Of a stretch of DNA of 64,000 bases, positions 25,097 to 37,670 are shown piece after piece (the stretch's first letter is position 1; every line of letters begins with the position of its first letter). The DNA is from Octopus sinensis (taxonomy: Eukaryota): contig NC_043004.1 of NCBI RefSeq assembly GCF_006345805.1, positions 71,610,001-71,674,000 on the forward strand, read 5' to 3'. The notes under the pieces are model-generated. The model saw nothing but the letters and a program-made list of their open reading frames with translations, ran no database searches and was not told the origin of the DNA. The position numbers were made by a program, and so were the translations under genes.

Positions 25097-27090
25097 CTTA
25101 AATACCTATCAAGTACGATGTTCAAAGAACGAGGGAACTTCTATGTCATGTTTTTGATTAGCACGAAATAACAAGCAAATCTCGCATTTACCTTTCTACT
25201 GGCTGCTGTTTCCTGAGAAATAATATCTTGGGAAAACTACAAGACTGGAACATCTTTACTCTATTTCACCTTTCACGAAGAATATTTAAAGTAAAAGGAA
25301 AAGAACAATAGACGACTGGCAAAATGATTAGGCCGATAAGTATTGCTTCCGCCTTATTACACTCTGAGTTCAAATACCGTCCGTTTCAACTTTGTCTTTC
25401 TTTCTCTCAGTATCTCCTGGTACTTGATATAATAAAGTATCAGTCAAGTACTGGAGTCAATTTAAGCGACTAGCCCCACCCACGTTTAGTGAATTTACAA
25501 AAACGTCGGATAAAATTATTTGCATTATTTCTTTCGGTTCTTCACTTTCCTAGATTAAACCCTGGAAATGTCAGTTTAGCGTTTCATCCTTTCGAAATCG
25601 ATAATATAATTTATTGATCTAGTCCAGTACTGGGTCGTTGGTATCGTCTAACGCCCTTCCATTAAACCTACTGGTTTTGAACCTAATTTTGAAACATTAT
25701 TCATTACTTTGGTAGTACCAACAGCCGAACCCATCCGAAGGGTATACAGGGAAATGAAAGAATACTACACGCAATCGTTCATTGTCCGTGCACAAGCGAC
25801 TTGTGGCTTTGCGTTGAGCAGCTCTTGTTTCGTGTAAGCCCAATCTGGCTTTTCACCGAGTTTGTTGTTGAGATCTATGCATCATCTTCTTTTGACAGCG
25901 AAGGGAGGCATGTTCTCTCTGCTCAGTGGTCGTAGCGGAAGAGACTACATGGTAGAGGTTTATATACAGGCACATTTTTATCTGTTCAAGCTTTCAGCAA
26001 TGTCTTCATTATAATTAGATGAGAAAAATGGTTGTAGAGAGGGATGTTCTACTTCTTGTATGTCTGTCGAAAATGGATGAGAAGGGCAAGACTGGTGAGG
26101 CTGAACTGATCTACTTTGAGTTTGCTTTTCTAAGTAGGAGGTAAAAAAATGGAAGAAGCCACTTCCAGTGTCTTGGCAACGGCAGAGTATTATCAAGACA
26201 ATTTCTGTGGGTTTTCCCTGAATTACTCTGTGTTGACTATTCGGCTAATAGGGATTCTATTTATTAACTATTTCTAAATACTATATCATATCCCTTCTTT
26301 TATATTCTTGTGTTTGTATTGTCTTTGTAAAAAATTTTCATGAGTAAAGGTTCTTAAAAAATCGGAAATTATTTGATTCAACCAAATGTGGGCGTATGTC
26401 GAAAGGTGCAAATAAGCTCGTCTCTTTTGTTTAGGATTAAAATTTGATATCGCATAACATCTATTCTCTTATATAAGCTTCTAGACTTTGATCTATTCTT
26501 AAACGTTGTTGCATATTATTACATAAAGTGACTCGTCACTCCGTTATCACTTTTTAAAATATATGTAGAAAATGTTGGGTGTTGGTGACGAAATGAATTG
26601 TAAAGCTGTATGCAACTTTTGGATGATTGCTCTGTGACAATTATGCATCATCAAAGGAGTCATCAGCGCTGTGAACAAAGCGTCACTTTTAGGCATATGT
26701 TGTCCCATATTTAGGCATTCCTATTCCAGCCCATAGAATGTTCTGTATGCAGTTGTAGGTAACATATATACTGTTCTTGTTGAAGATTAAGTGCGTGAAT
26801 TTCAGACAATTAATCTTAAATCAATATTTATTAGTTCATATTCCAGTTCCATCTTCTATACGGTACACAAAAATGCACGCACATATTTTACCAGAACCCT
26901 ATCTCATTTAAGCCCACTCTACGATGTTTCTCTCCTACAAAAGCCTTTCTCTCTTACAAAAGCCTTTCTCTATTTGCTCTCCCTCTGTCACCTTCTAATT
27001 CTCGGTCTCTCTGACTTCTTCTTCTTCTCTCTGTCACCCTCTCAGTCTCATCTGATTCCGTCTTCATTTCATTGAACTTTTTATTTGCAG

Positions 27091-27239
27091 GTGAAACTCG
27101 TCTTGAGAAATAATAATACTTATGTTCAATCATTGATTTTCGACGGAAGAAATACAACTAACACATCGTGGTTCCAGGCTAATAAACTAATTTCCACACA
27201 ATGGTTTGGAACTGTATCAGCAAATTACAGTTTATTTGA
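27091..27239 (+). CDS. Exon 3 of the PAN-domain gene
   Basis: ttatttgcag acceptor, GA|gtatat donor, 149 nt, phase 0 to 2, open: VKLVLRNNNTYVQSLIFDGRNTTNTSWFQANKLISTQWFGTVSANYSLF. Confidence 0.85.
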
Positions 27240-27604
27240 GTATATATTAAGCTTTTGATCTTTATTTGCATTTATAATTTTTCTTTGATAATAATTACGA
27301 TTTCTCACACATGCAAACAGTTACATATTTGGGAAACAGTGTACATTTATCTGATACATCGATCTCAGTAATCAAAGAGTAATATAAATAACATAAATAT
27401 AAATAACATGCATGAACACAGTGGGATTGGCACTGGAAATTTTCTGGAACAAAAATGACTGCAAGAAGGCTTATAGTGTACAACCTATTTTGATTCTGCC
27501 TATAGTGCTTTTAAATGTTAATGATGATGATGATAATGATGAAGATGAAAATAGTAATGAAAGCAACAACAACAATAGTTCTAATAATAATAATGATTTC
27601 AAAT

Positions 27605-27805
27605 TTTGGCACAAGGCCGGCAAATTCGGGGGAGATGGTAAGTCGATAACATCGACCCCAGTACTCTGTTAGTACTTATTTTATCGACCCGACACGATCA
27701 AATGCAAAGTCGACCTCGACAGAATTTGAACTCAGAACGTGAAGATGTGCGAAATGCTGCTTAGTATTTTGCCCGGCGTTCTAACGATTCAACCAGCTCG
27801 CCGAG
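27605..27805 (-). mobile_element. SINE family A
   Basis: atgcaaagtcgacctcgacagaatttgaactcagaacg...cccggcgttctaacgattcaaccagctcgcc. Confidence 0.8.
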
Positions 27806-27821
27806 TTAAATAATAATAATG

Positions 27822-27916
<95 letters not shown>

Positions 27917-27929
27917 AATTGGCACAACA

Positions 27930-28426
27930 CGAATACAAACGACGACATAGCAATGTGGCAAAAATGATCCCTTGGGAGCTCTGTGGAAATCACGACCTAC
28001 ATAGAGCAAAGACGTGGTATAAGAAAACCCCAGAAGGAGTTACCGAAAATGAAAATTGCAAAATCCTCTGAAATGCAAGGATCCAGTGCGATCATCTGAC
28101 CAGAGAAAGAAAACCGCACATTGTTGTGGTGAATAAAAAAGAAAGAAATGTATGATAATCGACATAGCATGATACCCCTGTGACCACAGAATCAATGTGA
28201 AAAAACTAAAAATAAATAACTGTAACAATTTAAAGTGGAAATGCGAAAGTTGTGGTCAATGAAGAGAGTAAACGTGATACGAATAGAAATTGGTGCACTT
28301 AGAAGTATCAGCACTCGACTACCAACGTGGTTGAAAAAGATCGGTGCTTTTGTGAAAGTAGAACGCCTACAAATATCAGCATTGCTAGGAACTACTGGAA
28401 TTCTTCGCAGCGTTCTTGAAGCATGA
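27930..28426 (+). mobile_element. 5'-truncated degenerate R4/Dong-type RLE fragment after (AAT)n(GAT)n
   Basis: KTWYKKTPEGVTENENCKIL, KPHIVVVNKKE, LWSMKRVNVIRIEIGALRSI...LQISALLGTTGILRSVLEA*. Confidence 0.75.
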
Positions 28427-29451
28427 GCAGTAAACAGGTGCCTCTTTAGTCTGCTGGCTGTGGACAGCTGATACTAAACATTGACTAAACTAAATAGTCT
28501 ACCATTAGCCTATTAAACTACTTTAGTCAACGCACGGTGATCGATTTTAAGCTTATAAAATATAATTTTCTTTATTTAAAGTATTCTAAAAGTTGGTCCC
28601 GCTTAACAAATAATCGTATATATATATTAATATATATTAATAGTTATTGCCAAGCTAACATGACATGTTTTGATTCTGCCTATAGTGCTTTTAAATGTTA
28701 ATGATGAGATGATGATGATAATGATGAAGATGTCATGTTAGCTTGGCGACAATGTATTCCATTAGATTTACAATGAAAATATGACTGACATTAGACTTCT
28801 TGCCTCTTCAAAAACTACAAATATTAGCTCATTATTACAACTTCTGGTCAAACACCTAACCGTCTTTGTCACTTCCGTTAGTAAAGGGAATTTCTGATCC
28901 ATCAACTGCTGAATTTGCCCCAAACTACACGTCATATTAAACAGTCTAGTTGCAAATTTGCACCTCATCATATAAGACACATTTCATAAAGCTTCCATTC
29001 CAGATATCCGTCCTTCTGACAAACACCTTTTCCCAAATTGTATCCGCTGAGAAAAGTTGAAGGTATATGTCAACTGTTTTGTCATCTAGAGTTAACAACA
29101 CTGATTAATACGTGATTCTATGGATAGAACAAATGAGGTGTGATGGAATACATTTTCTAAATCTATCTAAAACACATAGAGATTTCCATATAATATGGCA
29201 GGCAAATCTCACTCAAATAGCATTCTATGATCATTGGTCAATGTAGCGCTAGAAAAATTATGTCTGAAAAAGAATTATACCGTAAAAACCGAGGCTAAAA
29301 TAACAAAGATTGAGTGATATCTATATCTCAATGGTTAAAGATAAACTGAACGATTTAATTAAACATAACTGGGTGTCGTAAATAGAATCGTAAGATTTCC
29401 CAACCTTAATGACGTTTATTGAATTAATCACTTCTAATATATTAGTTTCAG

Positions 29452-29555
29452 CGGAAAATATTTCAGAATCTCGCTACAAGGAAACGACGACCTGCTGTAT
29501 GCTCTGAGTGAGAATGGAAGAAATTTCGATATTAAATACAGAATGAACATCAATG
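29452..29555 (+). CDS. Exon 4 of the PAN-domain gene
   Basis: tagtttcag acceptor, G|gtatga donor, 104 nt, phase 2 to 1, open: DGKYFRISLQGNDDLLYALSENGRNFDIKYRMNIN. Confidence 0.72.
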
Positions 29556-30217
29556 GTATGAGATATATTTCGTTTTTATATATGCAAATCATTGTATAAA
29601 TTTGTGTTTGTAAATATGTGTGTGTGTGTGTGTTTTGTGTGGGTATGTGTGTGCGTGTGTACGTATATATGCAGGTATGATTGTTTAGTATACTTCATAT
29701 GTTATTTATATTGCAATTCTTCCTAAAAGGGGGGAAATGGTTTTAAACAAAGAAAGGCGCTATCACTGGAATATGGATGATAAGAATTATCATTACAAAT
29801 CGCTCTTTGAGAAAAGTCCCATTTACAGATTGTACCTGCTAAAGTTCATGTGAGCCGTTCACTTTCTTTTGCCTGAAAATCTTAGCTTTTCCAAATTGTC
29901 ACTGCGACATTTAGTAACATAACCAAGTGAACTAATGATTATTGATATAAATATGAATTCATATTCAAGGCAGGGCGACCGCTGGTTCCGCAGCTCTACA
30001 TAGATATTCTCTTTCTCGTTGATTTTGCAAGAGATATTTCTAACTTCAGGGTGGCCGACAAACATCATTGTACACGACATTTCTTTCATGTCTCAAATAA
30101 CTATGTCAGGTGTGTTATTTTGACGCTTGGAAGTAGTTTTGAAGGAAATGCTAAACCAATATTCTCCAGGGAACCGCAAGTCGATATTCTCTTAATTTTG
30201 ATCCCGTCGTTGATTTA

Positions 30218-31461
30218 TTGGGTTGGCAATTAAGTTCCCGCCGTTTTTCTAAATTAAATTTTAAAAAAAGATTTAATAAAAATAACAACTAATTAATCAA
30301 TAATGTATTTACCCTTGTTCTTTACAACTTCTTCCCGACGTTCAATAAGATTTTCAATACCTCGTTGGTAGAAATCACCCGATTTCGACTCGAAGAATTG
30401 ATCAAACCAATCTCTCAATTCTGCATCAGTAGTGAACGAAACTCCGCGGGTGTGGCAGTACTTCGGGTGTGGCAGAACTTCCCAGCCATGCGTTTGAATG
30501 GCTCTCTTGGTCATATTGTCGATATGAGGGCGGGCGTTGTCGTGCAGCAGAAGAACTCTATGCTGACGATTAGGTATTTTCCCTTGAATAGCCGTGTTGA
30601 ATCGTTCCATCTGTTGAACGTAGAGTTCCGCTTTGACCGTTTCGTTCCGTTCAAGCAATTCATAATGGATAATCCCTTCACAGTCCCACCATATGCACAA
30701 CATCGTTTTACGCCGATGAAGATTTAGTTTAACGCGCGGTGCCGCTTGTTTACCGGGACTAAGCCATTCCTTAAGCTGCTTCATATTGATGTACAGGCTC
30801 CATGTTTCGTCGCCAGTAACGATTCAGTAAAGAAATCGTTGCTTGTGTCCAAGAGATGGGCGGTTACGAGCAACCAAACCAGCGGAGATTGTGGCTCGTT
30901 GATTTGTGTTGCTGTCACTTAAAGCATGCGGAAACCATGCTCCATACTTCTGAACCTTTCCCATCTAGTGAAGATGTTTCTCTATAGCAGTGTAGGAGCA
31001 TTCCATTTTCTCTGCCAGTTCCCGTCATTTGACTAAAATTTTCGTGCTAAAGTTGGTTTAATCGTTCTTCATCGAACTCAACTGGACGGCCAGAACGAGG
31101 TGCGTCTTTGAGGTCAAAATTTTCATTTTTGAACTTGGCATACCAATTACGAGCAGTTCTTTCAGCTATTGCACCCTCTCCATACACAACACAAATGCCG
31201 CGAGCAGCTTTTGCGGCCTTAGAACCTTGATTAAAAGCAAAAAGAAGGAGGTGTCGAAAATGCTCATTTTTCGTAATTTGACATCTTATTTTAATGATCT
31301 GAAGATAAGCAAAAATTCACAAAAAGTAACTAGAAAAAAATTCAGAATAGATTCCAAAATGATTCTAAATTAGAATTTTCGTAAAAAATAGATTCCAAAA
31401 TTTAAAAACGTAATAAATTCCAAAATTAAAAACAGTGGTGGGAACGTAGTTGCTAACCTAA
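30218..31461 (-). mobile_element. Mariner (DD34D-type) element, 1244 bp, TA-flanked, degenerate transposase
   Basis: TIRs ttgggttggcaattaagttccc and gggaacgtagttgctaacctaa; TA at 30216-30217 and 31462-31463. Motifs TGDETW, MLCIWWDCEGIIHYELL, LLHDNARPH; the SPDLAPSD motif is deleted. Confidence 0.92.
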
Positions 31462-31855
31462 TATATATAATTGTGAATTATTACACACGTGCTATTTGAT
31501 TGACGCCATCCAGCATAGGCGACTGTAATAATCTTAATCAACTTCCTTCATCTTTTTTCCTGCGGTATATTGCCAATATTATTGGGTATTATTTATGCGA
31601 ATATGCAGCAGATCTCAGGTTCTTGACTTTTATGAATCTGGAGCAGACTTTCTTGTTAGAACAGCTGAGTATTCCAAATACTGCTATCAATGCAGACGCC
31701 GTAAATGCGTATGTAAAAAGGAAACCATTAAATGCTAAATACGGTCCAGAGTAATATTATTTGGTTACAATCTCTTTGTTTTCATTACTTTGATGTGCTA
31801 TATTTTTATTAATACCTTCGTTGGTATTTTTAGCACTCATTTTGTCCAGTAGGGA

Positions 31856-31897
<42 letters not shown>

Positions 31898-32202
31898 CCA
31901 GTGACACAAAAAATTGGGGGAAAGGTTTTACCACGTTCACTTGCTAAAGATGAATATTTATTTTGATCAATCTCCATCCCTGTATCAGCAGAAAGTTTTT
32001 AAACACAGCCACTTTTCAGTACCCTATAGAATCCAGGCATAGATATTTCGATCGAATACAGTAAACACATATAAGTTTATGCGAACGTATGTCTGTAAAT
32101 TTACATCTTAAATATAATTCCTGAAAGTTTGCAGCATTGAGTACTTATTTTTGGGATGATTTAGTAAACAGACTCTTTCTGTTAACGCATTGCATTTTTG
32201 AT

Positions 32203-32432
32203 TCGAGCTGGCAGAAACGCTAGCACGCCGGGCGAAATGCTTAGCGGTATTTCGTCTGCCATTATGTTTTGAGTTCAAATTCCGCCAAGGTCGACTTTGC
32301 CTTTCATCCTTTCGGGGTCGATAAATTAAGTACCAGTTACGCATTGGGGTCGATATAATCGACTTAATACCTATGTCTGTCCTTGTTTGTACCCTCTGTG
32401 TTTAGCCTCTTGTGGGTAATAAAGAAATAGGT
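32203..32432 (+). mobile_element. SINE family A, full length with TSD
   Basis: 14-bp TSD attgcatttttgat at 32189-32202 and 32433-32446. Confidence 0.92.
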
Positions 32433-32766
32433 ATTGCATTTTTGATGCGAGGAGGTTTAATTTCCTCTTCATTGTTACATAAGTGTGTTGTGCATTTGTA
32501 TAATGCTAGTGTCTTTTTATTGGGCTTTCATGTTATAGTATATGTTGCACGAATTATGTTGTTTTAAGTTATAAGGTGCTTGTGGTATAGGATATGAATT
32601 TGTATTTTTCAAAGATTGCAGCTTTTAAAATTAACCAACATTTGAATTTCAATTGATTTAAAACAAAACTTTCTTACATTGCAGATCGTAACTTTTATAG
32701 CGTACAAGAATTGGTTGTCTACATATTACTAAACAAGATGTTTTATACCAGAAATTATTTATGCTA

Positions 32767-32859
<93 letters not shown>

Positions 32860-32861
<2 letters not shown>

Positions 32862-33304
32862 AATGGAGTTCAACGCAGGTGTTATTCAAATTCTTTTACG
32901 TCCGACACATGTTTCGAAGATATCACTGGTATTATTCCAAAGGAATTAAATGGTGTAAAACAATGTAATCATCTCTTCAGGGAGGTGAAGAAATGAAACA
33001 CGTCAATAAGACATTTTAACAGAATATGATGGATATGTATAGTGATTAACTAAACGCTATTAAGAGAGAGAGAGAGGAGTAGTAGTAGTAGCTATTAAGA
33101 TTATTTCAAAAAACATTATAGGATATAACATCAGAGGTAGCCTATAGAAAGAGGAGGGAAAAAGTTAAAAAAACCCTAAATAAATGGGAAGTATATGACT
33201 ATATGTATATTAAATAAAACCTTATAGACTTGGAAAAGAGATATCTTCGAAATATGTGTCGGAAGTAAAAGAATTTGAATAACACCAGCGTTTAACTCCA
33301 TTTA
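32860..33304. repeat. Fold-back element, 65-bp arms around a 315-bp spacer
   Basis: 32860-32924 is the reverse complement of 33240-33304 with a few mismatches. Confidence 0.85.
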
Positions 33305-33468
33305 TTTATTTATACATATTATACAAAATATTTCACGTAAACCCGATGTTTCTACCTTTAAAAACAAGGAGTTACACCCTTTTTACTTGTGCAATTCTTT
33401 TCTACCCTGGTAACTATTTATCTATTTTTTCCGTGTTAATTGTTAACAGGGGAAAAATACACACACAA

Positions 33469-33528
<60 letters not shown>

Positions 33529-33639
33529 GCACGCATGCACACACATGCACGCGTGCACACACACACATAAATATTTAAGAATATTATTGACAATGATTCT
33601 AATCCGTCATTGGATTGTGGTACATTTGAGTTCATCTTC

Positions 33640-34860
33640 GGTTTATATGGTCTCTGATGAGGTAAATGTTCTGTGTAGATGGTGTCCTCTTGACTGAGAA
33701 CTATGGTGTAGGTTCGGTTGCAATAGAAATATATCAGGGAATACCGTTATTGATTAAATTTGGAGTTGTGTTATTGTTCACTATTCAGCCAAGCATGTAA
33801 AGATGTGTAATATGGTGGGTCTATTTAGTTGTATCGCTTTCAGGTGTTGGGTTTACTTTTTAGGGAGTCATAGAAGAAACTGTTCAGTGAAAAGATTACC
33901 AGGTCAGCAATGTGTCACTACATTTTTTTTTGGGGGTGGGGTACTAATTGATAATTTATCCCTTCGTTTCGGAAAGTTGTGATAACAATTTCTGTTTTAA
34001 GATTTACGTCTGAAATAGGAAGCGTTATAAAATTAGAAGTAAACACCTGAAGCGACTCGCGCATTTTATCTAAGAAGGTCTGGCTATGATCACAGTAATA
34101 TTCTATTATTGATTCATGTAAATATCCTCCGAGGTTGAATAAGATGAATGTAGGAGAATGATCAGTTATACCAGAAATTCCGGCATTTTGCATAAATGTA
34201 AAGCCATGACGGAGAAACAGTCTTTTCCTGAACTTTAGAGCCGTCAAGTTGATAAAAGACACGAGACTGTATAATAATAGAATAAAATCCTTTCTAATTT
34301 TTTATGAGAATATTTACCGTCATGTATTCAGAGTAGAGAATTATATAAAGTGAATAATGGAAATATTTTACGCACAGAAATCAGATTTCCCTCCAAGCAT
34401 ACATGTTCATATGTTTCTGTGAAAATCATTAGTTTCCATTCATTCATTAGTTCCCATGTTTCAGTCTTCAAAGAAATACTTTTATAAGCGAATTAGATAA
34501 TCCACTCTACCAGGTCAGATATTTGAGTTTATACTCTTTTCTGTTTTAGATAAAATAGGACTTCTCCAATATAGCAGAGAGCAAGCGGTGTAATTTTTCA
34601 ACGAGTGGCATTCCTTTATGAATCAAGAATTAAAAAAACACCCCCAAGTCCTGAAACTGATTCAACTAAATAGACACACTCTGTGACAAATTTCTACATG
34701 CAAGTCTGAATAATGAACTATAAAATAACTCCAAATTTAATTTTAAAAATCCACCCTGATACCTTTCTATTGCAACCGACTCTACAACATATGTTTGATT
34801 CAAGACGACCCAACCTACTCAGATTATTTTAACTGATCAGAGACTATATAAGACAACTTA
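33640..34860. repeat. Pair of diverged copies of one unidentified repeat in inverted orientation
   Basis: Reverse complement of about 33640-33950 (caactaaatagac...aactccaaatttaat...tttctattgcaaccga...atcagagaccatataa) aligns with about 34580-34860 (caactaaatagac...aactccaaatttaat...tttctattgcaaccga...atcagagactatataa). Confidence 0.75.
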
Positions 34861-34936
34861 ATATAAATACAAGCATTTATATATATATGTGAATGTGTAA
34901 ACTGTTATATAAGCGTCTGTGAGTATGAGTATTTGA

Positions 34937-34988
<52 letters not shown>

Positions 34989-35159
34989 ATGTATGTATGT
35001 ATGTATGTATGTATGTATGTATGTATGTATGTATGTATGCATGTATGTATGTATGTATGTATGTATGTGTGTGTGTGCGTGTGTATGTCAGTGAGTGAGT
35101 GAGTGTGTATGTATCTAAACACATACACACATAACATTACAAATTCCATTCCAGAAATT

Positions 35160-36540
35160 TTGAAAGTTTTCAGGTGACACATTTATTAATTTCAAAGAAA
35201 TTTCGAAACTCCTTTAAAGAAATATCCTTTGAAGTGTAAGTGACCAGGACCCTTGTCGCAGCCTCCTTCATTATTTCAATGTCTTCAAAACGCCTGACCC
35301 TGATGTTCTACTTCAGCTTGGAGAACAATCAATGTCATAGTGACCAAGGTCTAGACAGAAGGTGAGAGACAGTTTTGATGGCAATTTCTGCCAACAGCTG
35401 GTTACAGAGACGGAATTGTGGACAGATGCCTTGTTCAGCTGCCCGTGCGATCGAATCGGGTGTAAGAGCTGTGGACGTTTCTAAAAAACCTCTTCCTCAT
35501 CTCATTCAAAAGCTCCATAAAATACTCTTTGTTGACCGTCTGGGCAGCGGGAACCCAGTGGATGTAGATGATCCCTTCTTGTCGATAAAAAGGATACTCT
35601 TGGCCTTTCCAGTAGAGTTGCTTGCCTAGCCTTTATAGGTCTTGAGGGGCTAGGAACATGCAGTTTGTTATGCTGTCCTTTGCATCATAATATTAGTTGC
35701 AGCTTTCCTTATAGTCAAGTACTCTTGGATTGGATAAACTGATCTAAACCATCTCGCTGCTGCCACAAAAGCTTCATTCCTGCTGTTCATCGCTGAGCAT
35801 TCTTCAAACAAATTTTGCACAAGCTTTGCGCATGTACAGTGCACACAAGATGATCCATAAGCAACATGAAGAGATTTTCTCCAGATTAACGCAAAAGTTT
35901 ATTGCATTAGCAATATTCCGAGTTGCCTTCACGACACAACTGAATCCTGCAAACTACTCACCTGTAACAAGTAGTGTATATTAGGGCGTGTTTAAAGACT
36001 GGAATAAAGACAAATAACTGTGGCAGGTCAACTTATTAGATGCCCTAGTACTAATATACTTAAATAACAATAACCTAGGCAGTTATAACTGTTTCTCCTG
36101 AAACAAAGTTCTCAAATTTCTGAAATGCACATTGTGCATTCTTCTTTAGAACATTGGATCTCGAAGCTTAACCGTTCCGGGGAGTCTTCGGCATTCTCTA
36201 TCCAGTACTATTTTTTCACTCATTTCGTTGTACGTATTCTACAAGAGCTTGACGCCACTTCTGAGTTCTGAGATGAAATATTTTGATAAATGATAAAATA
36301 CCAGTATATTAAAATAATGATTTACTGAGATGGAAGAGCCATTTTGTATACTACTAACATTTGTTGGTTCCATAGATTCCCTTTCACCTGGCATAAGATG
36401 ATGTATAAAGTCAAGTCGTTCACAAACCGCCTCACGAATTTCACTCCTAAGAATTATCCAATACATCGATTCCTACTATTGGTCACCATACTCTGGTTTC
36501 ACCATCTTAAAACTTTATTCCTCTCATCTGGATGATTTCA
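35160..36540 (-). mobile_element. Two adjacent degenerate mariner/Tc1 remnants, with a paralogous set at about 58230-59640
   Basis: Minus translation ILFIDKKGIIYIHWVPAAQTVNKEYFMELLNEMRKRF (35160-35900) and SEIREAVCERLDFIHHL (about 36000-36540). The same order of fragments recurs at 58.2-59.6 kb. Confidence 0.7.
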
Positions 36541-37635
36541 TATTTTGGCATTATTTCAACAATTGTGGGGAAGGTGTTAAATCGATTATGTCGACCCCAC
36601 TTCTCGACTGATACTTATTTCATCGACCGCGAACGGAAGAATGGCAATGAGGACCTCGGTGGAATTTGAATTTAGAACATATCAACTTACGAAATGCCGC
36701 TGAGCATTTTCTCACTGCCACGTCACCGCCTTATTGTTCGACTTGATATTGTTTAAAGTTTTTGGTCGTCCATTGGAAAGCTAAGTACACGTTTCGGCAC
36801 ATCTCACTCTTATATATTGCAGTTACTTTTGACATAATAAACAAAACACACAGTTTATGACAGTGATATTTTGATACTTACTTGCATTAGCATCTCATTT
36901 CCCTTACAATATTATAATGAATGCAGAAATTTTAAACACAGCTCCATATCCAATCTTATTCACACGCCCTGTCTTCTTATTCTCTGTGTAAACGCTTGTG
37001 TTTTTACCGACTTTATAACATTGTTAACTTGACTATTGCCTGCACTTCTTACACGCTGGCTGTATTTCTTTTTTCCCATCTGCAATTTCGTGCATATGTA
37101 TTATATATTCTTCAATGTACATGTGCATCCACACATGTGTATCCACACATAAACATTACTTTTTTGAAGTTTAATTTTCTAAAATATATCTTCTCTTATA
37201 TTTGTGAACTTAGAGTACTCTCTGATTTCTTTGAAACATTTTATCAAAACTCTCACTAAAATTACATTTTCAACTGACTTGTTGAGACTCAACTCAATAT
37301 CTTGAATATATTATAACGTTTTCTGATCCATTGAGATGTATTCATTTTCACAAATAAAAATCTTATTGAACGATATTTTTGTTTTAGGAGTTAATGTTTG
37401 GATGTATATCACAAATCTCATAATGGTGGCACCAGCGTTGAATTGGTGGACTTCTGTATGTATTCAACATTCATTGTGGATCAGTCATTTTCAAAAACAT
37501 TTTCAAAGAAACATAAAATATAATTAAACAGGACGGTCTCAGCGGCAACGTATTTAACATGCTTTCTTCTCAAGGCCAATCTGCGGTTAAACGACAACAT
37601 TTAAAGGAAATAGAATGTTGTCAATCAACCTGCTA

Positions 37636-37668
<33 letters not shown>

Positions 37669-37670
<2 letters not shown>

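Noticed and set aside
25820-25860. Minus-strand AAGCC/GGCTT hairpin followed by GAAAC
   Set aside because: Core reads TCGGTGA and stems I and III are absent.
34549-34593. Apparent phase-1 exon DKIGLLQYSREQAV* after ctgttttag
   Set aside because: It lies within or at the edge of the repeat that has an inverted homolog at 33.6-34.3 kb, so it is probably repeat-derived.
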